DNA of 64,000 nt from an uncultured Spirochaetota bacterium. Lineage in GTDB: Bacteria; Spirochaetota; Brevinematia; Brevinematales; JAOACQ01. Below are positions 39,712 through 49,846 of this stretch, piece after piece. The notes beneath the pieces are model-generated. The model was not told the DNA's origin and made no database searches. It was given only the letters and a program-made list of their open reading frames with translations. Location of the stretch: contig CAWAOD010000009.1 of assembly GCA_963783575.1 (NCBI GenBank), positions 512,001-576,000 of the forward strand, written 5' to 3'. Each line of letters begins with the position of its first letter. Within the stretch, counting starts at the first letter, position 1. The position numbers and the translations under genes are program-made.

Positions 39712-40356
39712 ATGAGAATTAAAATATTTTTTGTCGCTTCTCTTATTCTTCATCTGCTGGTCTTTTATGTTTCAACCTTAAAGCTGAATATAATAAAAAA
39801 GGATGATATCGATACTTCATATATTCAGATCCAGGAGGCTCCGCCTCCTCCGCCACCTTTGAAAGTAAAGGATGTTAAAACATTTGCCGCAAACACTGAA
39901 AGCGAACCGGCCCAGGTTTCCAATAAAACCTCGGTACAGACAAATAACCAGGACCAGACAAACAAGGCCGCCGATACAAAAGCCAACGCTGGTGTTGAGG
40001 GAGGCGTGGAAGGCGGAGTACCCGGAGGGGTTGTCGGAGGAGTTCTTGGAGCCTCGCTTACAAATTATGTCCCGTTCTATCTGGTAGAGGAGCTTCCTCA
40101 GCCACTCTCGCCGATAGAAGTGCCTCCGTATCCGGAAGAAGCCAGAAGGCTTGGGATTGAAGGCAAGGTAGTAATGCAGATTTATATTGACGATAAAGGC
40201 ATTGTAAGGAATGTCGAGGTTTCAAAGTCACCTGATGAGAAACTGTCCGAGGCTTCAAAGAAAGCTATATACAACGCCAAATTTAAGCCCGCCAGGCTAA
40301 ACGGAATGGCAAGGGCGGTTAGTATGCAGATGGTTTTTCGTTTTAAACTGGAATAA
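39712..40356 (+). CDS. tonB: Energy transducer TonB
   Basis: SLILH TM, poly-Pro, GVEGGVEGGVPGG linker, PPYPEEARRLGIEGKV, FKPA. Confidence 0.9.
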   Translation: MRIKIFFVASLILHLLVFYVSTLKLNIIKKDDIDTSYIQIQEAPPPPPPLKVKDVKTFAANTESEPAQVSNKTSVQTNNQDQTNKAADTKANAGVEGGVEGGVPGGVVGGVLGASLTNYVPFYLVEELPQPLSPIEVPPYPEEARRLGIEGKVVMQIYIDDKGIVRNVEVSKSPDEKLSEASKKAIYNAKFKPARLNGMARAVSMQMVFRFKLE

Positions 40357-40391
40357 AAAATAAGATTATTTTTGCCGAACGGAGGTTTATT

Positions 40392-40691
40392 ATGGCGGAA
40401 CATCCACTTAGTACAATAATGAATAATGACCCGGCTTTAATGGAATTAATCAAGAAAAGCGATGATTTGATCTATAGTGACGGAGCCTTGCCTAAAAAAT
40501 TCAAACTGCTTATTGCAATGGCTTTCGACGCGGCAAACGGCGCTGTTCAAGGCGTGAAAAGCCTCGCTCAATCGGCGCTTAAAGCCGGCGCTACAAAGGA
40601 AGAAATTATGGAGACTCTAAGGGTCGCTTATCAATTAAGCGGTGTCGGAAGTGTTTACACAGCTTCCCAGGGGCTTAAAGACCTGTTCTGA
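40392..40691 (+). CDS. Carboxymuconolactone decarboxylase/AhpD family protein
   Basis: DGALPKKFKLLIAMA, ALKAGATKEEIME. Confidence 0.85.
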   Translation: MAEHPLSTIMNNDPALMELIKKSDDLIYSDGALPKKFKLLIAMAFDAANGAVQGVKSLAQSALKAGATKEEIMETLRVAYQLSGVGSVYTASQGLKDLF

Positions 40692-40704
40692 TGTGCTGTA
40701 AATA

Positions 40705-41131
40705 TTAAGGGAACAAAAGATTCTTTACTATCAGGCCGTAAAAGCTTTTTTCTCCCGATTGATAATACCATCCCATCTGTGAAAAGCAGCTTGAGCAGAA
40801 AGCAAAACTCCAGGTAAAACCCGGGAACCATGTGAATTCTTCTGCCGGTTCTCCCCGTACTATACAGCCGGGAGCAGAATAAAAACAGCTTATTTCATAA
40901 GAAATTCCGGCTGGATTTTTGAATGTCTGGTTTATTTTTCCGTTCATACTTATGGAGTATATTAATTTCGTAATTTTTTTTCCGCAAAAAGCGCAAAGAA
41001 TGTCTTTTTTGTTTTCCTCAACTTTTTCTCTATCTTTTAGTAAAATCTCAAGATCCGGTTTGATAATGATGTCATTTTTTTTTAAGAAATATGGAAACCG
41101 ATCAAAATTGGTTAATAATAATTGCATATTC
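40705..41131 (-). CDS. Bacterial cereblon-family (CULT/Yippee-like) protein (start uncertain, 41131-41208)
   Basis: CAFC, NPAG, FTWFPGFTW, CSSC, MGWYY. Confidence 0.85.
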
Positions 41132-41497
41132 ATAGCTTTATCCATACTTAATTTCATAAAGTATCGGTTCAATAAAAAAAGGATGTTTAAAAAATTTCTA
41201 AACTGCATATATATAATAAACAGATTTTTATGAATTTAAAAATATTTTTCGATTATTTAATGAATATCTCATCTTTGTGATGCCAGTATTATTTCACCAC
41301 CAAGGCCGAAATTTAGTTTTCTGACGCCGGATTTTAATATAAAATCCGTATATATTTTATTAGATTATTAAACCAATTAAAATTAGACATAATTCAACCC
41401 GAATATTAATCAATATCCATATAAAAAGAGGGATTAAATAAGAAATTTACTATAAAATAAGATATTATTGTATGAATCATTGGTTTTGGAGAATCAA

Positions 41498-43012
41498 ATG
41501 AAAAATGTGAAAATTTTTATCTCTTTTATTCTTGTAATTCTAACATCATCTTTTGATTATGCATCTCAAACCAGGCTGGATTCCTTTAACGCTGAGGGAT
41601 ATATTCCCGATTACGAGTATGACACGATCAATATAAATCCCGCTTTTTTGCTGGATTCCGATAAAATCGGCATATCAGTATATACAGGATTTGAAAATTA
41701 TAAAAGATCTTCAACAACAAGCAACGAATATATGAATTCATCAACCAATATTTCTTCAATGGATAGTAATAATGTATCCTATTTGAATATGAACCCTTCA
41801 TTCTTTATTAACATACCAATATTAACAAATTTAGAAATCGGATTATATTATAATCCTAATATTAATATTGAATATTCATATTATTTCAGTGGTTCTAATC
41901 AAAATTACCCTTATACTTATGAGAATACTTATAATAATTCCATTATAATGCCGCTTTCAATGGATTTATTTCTCGGCGTTAAACTCGGTAATATAAAAGC
42001 CTGCATTGAATACTCAATGATTATTATGTATAACGGATCTACAAATGAACCCAGGGACAACGGAATATTGGATACAAATGCCTATCAAATCGGCGATTCA
42101 AGTTTATCCTCATATGGAGGAAAAGCGGGAGCCTTATTGAATCTCGGGAATATCGATTTAGGAGCGAGCCTTGGTTTCAATTATAGCTCAGTAATTATAA
42201 ATGATCCTTCATATTATTATGCGCCGAACAATTTCTTTCTTGCCCAGGATAATTCGACAGGTTATAATATCTTTCCGACACTATTTATGCAGTATAAATT
42301 TGATGATTATTCCACAATCAGGTTTGTTCTGGATGGCAGATATTCAACCTATACAAAAGATACGTTTTTTAATAAAGATAATTACCTTCAGATTTATCCA
42401 AATTCACAGGATATGCTGAATAACTATAAAATTCAGGCAGTGGATAATGAATATTACGGTAAAATTTCAATGAGTATTTTTAAGGGAGAGCCGCAATTCA
42501 ATCTTTGGTTTGCAGGAATCAACATTATGGGTACTGCAGGAAGCTATACATATAGCTTTAACATAAATCAGAACCCTGTTCAAAGCGGCCAGAAATATAT
42601 TTCGTATGCTAATAATCAGGAAATCAGCAGCTCAATATCAACTGGGTTCGAAGGCAGAGTGATATCTGTTTTCATTCCAAGGGTTGGTATTAATCTTAAT
42701 TTATTCGATTATACCTTTAATCAGAATTCGGTCGTCGACAGCTACAGCGATTCGGCGTTACAAGTTCAGGACACAACAACGGTTTCAAATAGAACGTCCC
42801 AGTATACTTTTTTCAATAATATAACTTTAAGCGCGGGGTTGGGTTACATGCCGGTTGAGAATTTATTAATAGAAGCCGGAATGAATAGTTTTTTTTCGAT
42901 TGGGATTTACAGCCAAACGGATGAACCCGATTTAACGCAGGGAGTCCAGCCGAAAGAAACTTTATCAGGATACGACATTCGCTTATTCCTTAATGTAAGC
43001 TGCTGGTTCTAA
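41498..43012 (+). CDS. Putative outer-membrane beta-barrel protein
   Basis: Signal peptide, amphipathic beta strands, C-terminal aromatic residue (VSCWF); GGAG before ATG 41498. Confidence 0.65.
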   Translation: MKNVKIFISFILVILTSSFDYASQTRLDSFNAEGYIPDYEYDTININPAFLLDSDKIGISVYTGFENYKRSSTTSNEYMNSSTNISSMDSNNVSYLNMNPSFFINIPILTNLEIGLYYNPNINIEYSYYFSGSNQNYPYTYENTYNNSIIMPLSMDLFLGVKLGNIKACIEYSMIIMYNGSTNEPRDNGILDTNAYQIGDSSLSSYGGKAGALLNLGNIDLGASLGFNYSSVIINDPSYYYAPNNFFLAQDNSTGYNIFPTLFMQYKFDDYSTIRFVLDGRYSTYTKDTFFNKDNYLQIYPNSQDMLNNYKIQAVDNEYYGKISMSIFKGEPQFNLWFAGINIMGTAGSYTYSFNINQNPVQSGQKYISYANNQEISSSISTGFEGRVISVFIPRVGINLNLFDYTFNQNSVVDSYSDSALQVQDTTTVSNRTSQYTFFNNITLSAGLGYMPVENLLIEAGMNSFFSIGIYSQTDEPDLTQGVQPKETLSGYDIRLFLNVSCWF

Positions 43013-43025
43013 AACCGTATATTTA

Positions 43026-43448
43026 TCATAAAAGTTCTTTCAATTGATTGGATATATCTTTTTGTTTATCGCGTAGTTTTGAATTCAATTTTTCTTTATA
43101 CCGGTGGATTGAAATTGAAAAAAGAATACTAATTATTTCCGATAAAATTACCAGAAAAGTTAAATATTGTATTTTTTTAAGCCCAAAAGCATATGCGCCG
43201 GTAAAAGTTCCAACTGCGCTTATTATTATTAATGCCAGGTAAGAGAAGAACAGTTTATGGGTTTTCAGAATTTTATAAAAAAAGAGTGATGCCGCAATGT
43301 TGGAACAGCCGATGCAGATTCCTATAAACCCGCCTTTCAGCATAAAATCAAGCATAGGCGATTTTTCTATAAAAATTATCGGGAGTCCTGCGATACTTCC
43401 TAATATAAACGAGCAAATCAATACAATTATGATCTCAAACCACGCCAT
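43026..43448 (-). CDS. Four-TM membrane protein, LytTR-associated
   Basis: Paralog of 12226..12642 (GGFIGICIG, SEII, KLNSKLR). Confidence 0.65.
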   Translation of the reverse strand: MAWFEIIIVLICSFILGSIAGLPIIFIEKSPMLDFMLKGGFIGICIGCSNIAASLFFYKILKTHKLFFSYLALIIISAVGTFTGAYAFGLKKIQYLTFLVILSEIISILFSISIHRYKEKLNSKLRDKQKDISNQLKELL

Positions 43449-43460
43449 AAACTTCTCCCG

Positions 43461-44009
43461 TCATATTCCCAGGAATTCCTTGAATTCCCGCACATAATTT
43501 CTGGATACTTCGATCTCTTCCTTTCTGTTTTTCATTTTCAGGAGAAGTCTTCCGCCAAACCAGGGGTAAACCTCTTGAACCTGAATGATATTAATAATAT
43601 ATGATTTACTAATCCTTATAAATCCGGCTTCAATGTATTCTTTTTCTATTTCATAGAGTTTTTTCGAAATCTCAAAACGGTTATCCCCGGATTGGCAGAA
43701 CACGGTGTTTCCATCCGCTAAAAAATAATTTATTTCATTAATATTAATAAGATTATATGATTCCCCCTTCCTGCCGGCAAGGATCGTGTTCATCCTGGTT
43801 GTTCCCTGAGCCTGGATGCTGTCAAGAAAATCCAAAAGGGAATTTATTTCCTTTTCATCGAAAACAATAGTAATGCCATTTTCCGAGACTGGAAAATTTT
43901 TATCGGCGATATGGAAATTTGAACCGGTTGAAATATCAATATTCCTTGCCTGAAGCAGTTCAACCAGAATTCTTTTATTCAATTCCGAGCATAGCAGATC
44001 AACGGTCAT
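43461..44009 (-). CDS. LytTR family regulator
   Basis: INYFLADGN, KLYEIE, GFIRISKSYIIN, PWFGGRLLLKM, IEVSRNY. Confidence 0.9.
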   Translation of the reverse strand: MTVDLLCSELNKRILVELLQARNIDISTGSNFHIADKNFPVSENGITIVFDEKEINSLLDFLDSIQAQGTTRMNTILAGRKGESYNLININEINYFLADGNTVFCQSGDNRFEISKKLYEIEKEYIEAGFIRISKSYIINIIQVQEVYPWFGGRLLLKMKNRKEEIEVSRNYVREFKEFLGI

Positions 44010-44089
44010 TTTAGGTTCCTTTCTAATTTTAATATTAGGATATATTTTATTACCATTTTTTTCAAGCAAATGCAGAAATAATATGATCG

Positions 44090-45661
44090 TTAAAAGGGAA
44101 AATCATCCTGATTCTTCATTAAACCGGATTTATCATTCAATTCTCTGCTTGGTGGCATTATTTCCTTTTTTCTGGCTATGGATTGTATGACCAGCCCTTC
44201 TACATAAATGGCCTTCGGATTGACAGGGCAGGCATACTCGCATGCGCCGCAGCCCACGCATACCGCCTGGTCGACAATGGGAGCAAAAAGTCCCTTTTTT
44301 TTATAAGGAATCACATCAACAGCTTTGGTGGGGCAGTGTTCCGAGCATGCCGTACAGGGTTTCTCCTTCTGGTATACTATGCAGTTATCTTTTAATAGAT
44401 TTGCCTGGCCTATCTGCTTAAGACTTTTTTCAATCTCTGTCAATTTATTCAGCGCTCCAGTGGGGCAAACCTCGGTACATCTGGTACATTCATAAAGACA
44501 ATAACCCCTATCATAATCAAGCCTTGGCTGAAGAATTGAAAATATCCCATATTCAAGAACGGAAGGCCGGATTATCTGATTCGGGCATACAGCCGTGCAT
44601 AGATTACAGGCTGTACAGCGTTCCGTAAAAAGCCTTCGGGCCTTTGCTCCGGGAGGCATTACCGCTTCTTTTTTTTTGAATGGAAGGAATTTGCTGTAAA
44701 CCGAAGCGTTTATAAAACGCGGTAACAGCAAAATAAGAATAATTATTGAACTCGTTTTAATTGAGGTTTTTATAAATTCCCGCCTCGAATTTGTGCTTTT
44801 ATTTTCAGGCTGAAAATTTTTAATTTTTTGCGGAAAACCATAGGTGATTGCTTTTACTGGGCAAACATCCATACAATCCATACAGGAGACACAGCGGTAA
44901 GAATCGATTGATTTATTTACCGTATCAATGCACTCAGAGCGGCAAATCCCGGTGCAAAGCCCGCATTTCAAACAATGCTCTTTATTTATCCGGAACTTAA
45001 AAATCTGTGTCCTTGATAAAATGCTAAGCACTGCTCCGGTAGGACACAAAAGATTACAATAAATCCTGCCCCGGAAAAAAGAAAGAAAACCTATTAAGGC
45101 AAAAAATACTGCCGAATAAACTAATACCGGAATTCCCGGATAATAATCCGTCATAGGTTTTAAGAATGTAAGTCCGGCGTGGTTGAAAATATATGAAATG
45201 TTGTTGTTAATCAGGTTTAGAACCGGCCTGAAAAGATTGGTTGTTATCCTGCCGAATACACTGAAAGGCTCAAAGTAAATAAAGAAAAAATTCATACCCA
45301 GTATGAAAATAATTATATATATGGCAAAAAATCCATAATGAAAGTAAAATAGCGGTTTATGATAACGGAAAATCATTTTCTTGAAAAATTTTTTCTTTAT
45401 GAAGATAAAAAAGTCCTGCAGTGTCCCTAGAGGGCAGATTAATGAACAGTACCATCTTCCGAAAAAAGCCGATAGAGCCAGAATAAAAAGAATAATTATT
45501 GATGAGATGGAAAAAGCGGTGATAAATTTAAAAATTCCAGGAAAAATCTGCAATACAGGTAAAATATTGCTTAAAATGTTCGATATTTCAAGCAGGCGGA
45601 GAAACAGAAAAAAATATAGGGTAAAAAAAATAATGCTTATAATAATCCGTATAATTTTCAA
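44090..45661 (-). CDS. Membrane 4Fe-4S protein (NapH/NapG-like fusion)
   Basis: GRWYCSLICPLG, GRIYCNLLCPTG, many CxxCxxCxxxCP motifs, internal SRREF. Confidence 0.88.
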   Translation of the reverse strand: MKIIRIIISIIFFTLYFFLFLRLLEISNILSNILPVLQIFPGIFKFITAFSISSIIILFILALSAFFGRWYCSLICPLGTLQDFFIFIKKKFFKKMIFRYHKPLFYFHYGFFAIYIIIFILGMNFFFIYFEPFSVFGRITTNLFRPVLNLINNNISYIFNHAGLTFLKPMTDYYPGIPVLVYSAVFFALIGFLSFFRGRIYCNLLCPTGAVLSILSRTQIFKFRINKEHCLKCGLCTGICRSECIDTVNKSIDSYRCVSCMDCMDVCPVKAITYGFPQKIKNFQPENKSTNSRREFIKTSIKTSSIIILILLLPRFINASVYSKFLPFKKKEAVMPPGAKARRLFTERCTACNLCTAVCPNQIIRPSVLEYGIFSILQPRLDYDRGYCLYECTRCTEVCPTGALNKLTEIEKSLKQIGQANLLKDNCIVYQKEKPCTACSEHCPTKAVDVIPYKKKGLFAPIVDQAVCVGCGACEYACPVNPKAIYVEGLVIQSIARKKEIMPPSRELNDKSGLMKNQDDFPF

Positions 45662-45673
45662 TCAAATACCCGG

Positions 45674-46591
45674 TTAAAGAGAAATTCTTTTAATATTCCG
45701 GCCTTCTGTTGACATATTTCCGACATGCCGTTCATGTGCGAGCCTAATGTGGCTGATATCTGCCGGATCGCTGAAGCCGAAAATTTTAGCCGCAGCGGCA
45801 TCAGCTAGAACAATATCGGTAGAGATCAAAAGATTTTTTAAAATATCCGGTTTATTACCCTGTAGGCCTCGCGGGCCGTATTGTTTCATTACAGCATAAG
45901 CATCGACAACAGTAAGGTCCGGTTTGCGGAATTTTGCGAAATCGACAATACAACCGTCAAGATCGCCATGCCAGTAGTTTCTGTTGTAAACAACTCCCAT
46001 TAAATTTTTCATCCCTATTGTAAGCTGGGTAGACGAATGGCTTTTTAAAACCGGTACATTTATGAATACATCAGCTTCCATAAAGGCTTCGTGTACTTCC
46101 GCATCCGGCAATGAAGAAGCCCCGGGAATTTTTACTTTTTGATAATATTTTCTTTCTTCTCCCGGTATTATTATTGCTCCTGCGTCTCTGGCGGCTTTCT
46201 CGATACCGCTTTTCTTGTAGCTTTCCTGGTTATTATCACAGGAATGGTCGAAAACGGTAACCTTTTTTGCACCCGCTTCAAGGCAATGTTCAATAATCCT
46301 GGTTATCAGTCCGGGATTTGTTGTCGCCGCCATTTCCGGTTCAACCGCCCAGCCGATATTCGGTTTAACCAGCACAGTCTGGCCTTTTTTTACAAAATTA
46401 CCCATTCCTCCGAAAGCCGCAATTCCCGCGTCAAACATCGCTTCGGGTTCTCCCCCCCGAACAGCGGCCATTTCAAGCGCTGATGCAGGTTTATCCAGCC
46501 CGAATAGAAAATCTGTTTTACTTAATATTGCGGCTGCTCCGGCTGCCGCACCGATTCGTACGGTCTTTCTGAAGAATTCCCTTCGATCCAT
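45674..46591 (-). CDS. DUF362 protein with a Tat signal
   Basis: MDRREFF, VLVKPNIGW, TTNP, NVPVLKSH, MKNLMG. Confidence 0.9.
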   Translation of the reverse strand: MDRREFFRKTVRIGAAAGAAAILSKTDFLFGLDKPASALEMAAVRGGEPEAMFDAGIAAFGGMGNFVKKGQTVLVKPNIGWAVEPEMAATTNPGLITRIIEHCLEAGAKKVTVFDHSCDNNQESYKKSGIEKAARDAGAIIIPGEERKYYQKVKIPGASSLPDAEVHEAFMEADVFINVPVLKSHSSTQLTIGMKNLMGVVYNRNYWHGDLDGCIVDFAKFRKPDLTVVDAYAVMKQYGPRGLQGNKPDILKNLLISTDIVLADAAAAKIFGFSDPADISHIRLAHERHVGNMSTEGRNIKRISL

Positions 46592-46690
46592 ACAAACCTC
46601 CTATTTTAATGTTATATTTTATAATTTCAGAATTACAAATTACAATAGTCCTTTCAGCTCATTTTCAATGCTGCCGATTGATAATAAAAT

Positions 46691-47407
46691 TTAAACCTTT
46701 TTTTCAATAAACCTGCCGATTATAAGTGTCAGTTCAAAAAGAAGGTATAGCGGTATACCGACAAGCATCTGGGATAAAATGTCGGGAGGAGAAAATATGC
46801 CTGAAATTACTGCTATCAGGACAATAATATGCTTTCTATACTTTGATAATGTTTTTACCGTTAGAACTCCAAATCTTATCAATATAAGTAAAAACAACGG
46901 CGTCTGAAATAAAAACCCCAAAATTACCAGAAAATTAATCAATAAATCATAGTAATCCTTCATTCCCCATAAGGGCATAATATTGTCTCCGGAGCCGAAT
47001 GTTATAAAAAAATGTATGGCTGCGGGAATGATAAGCCGGTAAGCAAAAAGCGCCCCGCCTGTAAAAATTACTGGTATTATTATTATTCCTATAACAAACG
47101 GCGCTTTTTCACTTTTTTGAAGCGCTGGAAATACAAAAGATGTTACCTGGAAAAGAGTGAAAGGTGTGGATAATACAGCGCCCATGAGAAAAGCCAGCTT
47201 CATATATACAAGGAACTTCTCAAAAGGTTTGAAATAATTTAAGTGAATACTGAGCCTTGAAAGCGGTTCCTGAAAAAAGAAAACAGCTTTTTCCGTAAAA
47301 AAAAGGGAAATGATAAAACACGCGAAGAAAACCGCCAGAACCGATATGATTTTATGTCGCAGAACCTCCAGATGATCAAGATAGGTCAATTTATTTTTCC
47401 CGGCCAT
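46691..47407 (-). CDS. tatC: Twin-arginine translocase TatC
   Basis: DHLEVLR, FVFPAL, FQTP, SPPDILSQ, LFE. Confidence 0.93.
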   Translation of the reverse strand: MAGKNKLTYLDHLEVLRHKIISVLAVFFACFIISLFFTEKAVFFFQEPLSRLSIHLNYFKPFEKFLVYMKLAFLMGAVLSTPFTLFQVTSFVFPALQKSEKAPFVIGIIIIPVIFTGGALFAYRLIIPAAIHFFITFGSGDNIMPLWGMKDYYDLLINFLVILGFLFQTPLFLLILIRFGVLTVKTLSKYRKHIIVLIAVISGIFSPPDILSQMLVGIPLYLLFELTLIIGRFIEKKV

Positions 47408-47412
47408 AATTT

Positions 47413-47658
47413 TTATTGTTTACTTTTATTTATATTTCTTTTAACGTTCTTTTTTACTGCATTTTTTTTTCTTGGAGCGGATGTTTTTTTTACAGAATCA
47501 GTTTTTTTCTCTGGTTCCTCATCAAGGCCTTCAAGGCCTTTTTTGAATTCGCGGACGCCTTTACCGAAAGACCGGGCCAATTCAGGTATCCTGTTTGCTC
47601 CGAAAAGTATCAGAATGATCAGAACTATGACCAGGATGTGACCCCAGCTTATACCCAT
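47413..47658 (-). CDS. tatA: Twin-arginine translocase TatA
   Basis: LILFGANRIPELARSFGKGVREFKK. Confidence 0.93.
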   Translation of the reverse strand: MGISWGHILVIVLIILILFGANRIPELARSFGKGVREFKKGLEGLDEEPEKKTDSVKKTSAPRKKNAVKKNVKRNINKSKQ

Positions 47659-47735
47659 TATACGCCTCTTTTAAAATATGTATATTTTATATTATTGGCT
47701 GAATTCTGTCAAAAACGGAAACTTCATATGAGACA

Positions 47736-48656
47736 TCATCCGGAAGCTGCAGATAAATAGTTTGTTCCGTATGGATTGTATATTAAATTGATCTTAGATG
47801 GGAAAATCCTTACATCGAATCTTTTGCCGTAAAAAAGCTCCCCATCCATATGAACGACGACATCCTCATCGGTTTCAATAAGTATTTTATCAACCTGAAA
47901 ATACTCTACAACCTTATCGTATATATGACTGCCTTTTAGAACTGCTAAAAGTTCCTTAATCCGGACAAGCAAAGATAGTTTCTTTACGGAACAGATATCA
48001 AATAACCCGTCATTCGCTACTGCCAGTGGGGTTAAAGCAAAACCGCCTCCGAATCTCCTTCCGTTTCCAATGGTTGTGATAAAATATCTGGCATCGCTTA
48101 TCTTTCCGTTTGCAGAAATACGCATCTTTTTCTCTTTATAAAAGAGTAAATTCTTAAACACCTGCCGCCAGTAACTTGATTTTTTCCCGCTATTTGCCTG
48201 CATATCATTGAAATTTTCGGAAGCCACCTGCGCATCAAAACCGAACCCGATTCCATTTATAAAATAACGGTCATTACATAAACCGACATCCAGTTTTACG
48301 GTATGCAATTCAAAAAATATATCCCAGTCCCTGCTTGTGAAATGTTCTGAAAACCCCAGAATATGAATAAAATCATTTCCAGTACCCGCTGAAACAGTAC
48401 CGAATGTAATATTCTCCCTGTCAACAAGAGCCTGCGCGGCCTCATTAAATGTTCCATCCCCGCCGACCGCAATAATATAACGGTATCCCTTATCGGCATA
48501 AACTCTTGCTATTTCTGTAGCATGACCTTTTCTTTGCGTAAAAGTAATTTCGGCTTCAAGATGATGCAGTTTTATCATTTCTTTAACCGTTTCAGCAAAT
48601 TGACCGGCGTAACCGTTCCCAGCTACAGGATTGATAATAAATGCCCATCTCTCCAT
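47736..48656 (-). CDS. Diacylglycerol/lipid kinase family protein
   Basis: NPVAG, GGDGTFNE, GTGNDF, GFDA, HMDGE. Confidence 0.92.
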   Translation of the reverse strand: MERWAFIINPVAGNGYAGQFAETVKEMIKLHHLEAEITFTQRKGHATEIARVYADKGYRYIIAVGGDGTFNEAAQALVDRENITFGTVSAGTGNDFIHILGFSEHFTSRDWDIFFELHTVKLDVGLCNDRYFINGIGFGFDAQVASENFNDMQANSGKKSSYWRQVFKNLLFYKEKKMRISANGKISDARYFITTIGNGRRFGGGFALTPLAVANDGLFDICSVKKLSLLVRIKELLAVLKGSHIYDKVVEYFQVDKILIETDEDVVVHMDGELFYGKRFDVRIFPSKINLIYNPYGTNYLSAASG

Positions 48657-48689
48657 AATTAAACACCGCCAATTAAACAGAGTGTGATT

Positions 48690-49329
48690 TCAATCTTCTT
48701 TTCCCGTGCAATTAATGCAAAACTTTCCTTTAGCCTTCTCAAAAGATTCTTTGCCTTCAATAAAAGAATAATATGCGATGCCCAGTGCCCCGATGGAATC
48801 AATATAACCGATTCTGAAAAAAGAGTATAACACACTTGATAAAAGAAGTATAGCGGATAAATAAATGCATGTTTTTTGTGCAATCGGCATCGGCAAGAAT
48901 AGCATCGGAATTTAATCTCTTGCCGGCGTATTTCTTTAAATTCATCAGGAACACCATCGATACGATCGATACTATCGAAATTATTATTCCCCAAAAAGTT
49001 GTAGAAGGTTTATGACCCAGATACAAATTGTAAATAACTGTCAGCATTAAACCTGCGGTTAATATATAAAAAGAAATTCCTGTTATCCTAAGAGCCGTTT
49101 TTTCAAATTTATCATTCTTTTCTTCATTATTCCGGTTCAGGCGAACAATCATACGCCAGATTCCAATACCTGACAATACTTCGATAAAAGAATCCAGGCC
49201 GAATCCGAACAACGTCAGGGACTCATCGGCTGCGCCGAAATAGACCGATGCCAGCCCCTCCAGAATATTGTAAAATACGGTTATTACCGCAAGCACTAAT
49301 GCCAGATTCCATAATTTATTATTTTCCAT
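48690..49329 (-). CDS. Cation transporter (CDF-related membrane protein), frameshifted in an A6 run near 48875
   Basis: YNILEG, FGLDSFIE, ADADCTK continuing as TCIYLSAILL...EGKE in another frame. Confidence 0.8.
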
Positions 49330-49348
49330 TAAGACCTCAAACTTTTCT

Positions 49349-49786
49349 TTAGGCCATACTGCATTCTTTACAGATACCGTAAAGATCCAGGCGGTGTCGT
49401 ATTAATTTAAAACCGTATTTTAAAGCGATACCTTCCTGGAGCTTTTCAATCTCGGGACTGCTCACTTCTATCAATTTACCGCATTTTATACAGACCATAT
49501 GATCGTGGTGGAGATATTCATCCCTGAGTTCATACCTTACTTTACCGTCCTCCAGGTGAAGTTCATTACAAATACCGCACTTTGTAAACAGTTTAAGCGA
49601 ACGGTATACTGTGGCAATCCCAATTCCCGGGTATTTTTCAGAAATCAGCCTGTGCAGTTCTTCAGCGGATTGATGTTTGCCGGTTTGATACAGAATTTCA
49701 AGAATTTCTTCCCTCTGCTTGCTGAACCTTAAATGATTTTTAGTGATGTAGGCATTTAAAACAACCAATTTTTCTTTTAATGGCAA
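49349..49786 (-). CDS. fur: Fur family transcriptional regulator
   Basis: SKQREEIL, HQSAEEL, IATVYRSL, HHDHMVCIKCG, CKEC; probable TTG start. Confidence 0.88.
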   Translation of the reverse strand: MPLKEKLVVLNAYITKNHLRFSKQREEILEILYQTGKHQSAEELHRLISEKYPGIGIATVYRSLKLFTKCGICNELHLEDGKVRYELRDEYLHHDHMVCIKCGKLIEVSSPEIEKLQEGIALKYGFKLIRHRLDLYGICKECSMA

Positions 49787-49799
49787 TTTACCCTTCTTA

Positions 49800-49846
49800 T
49801 TGATAGTAATAATTATTATTGTAGAAACAATAAATATTTTCGTCAA
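49800..49846 (-). promoter_or_regulatory. fur promoter with an AT-rich Fur-box-like palindrome
   Basis: Minus strand TTGACG-17-TACAAT; GATAGTAATAATTATTATT immediately downstream. Confidence 0.5.

Noticed and set aside
41498..43012. TonB-dependent receptor for the nearby tonB operon
   Set aside because: About 505 aa with no recognisable plug domain or TonB box; called only a putative beta-barrel
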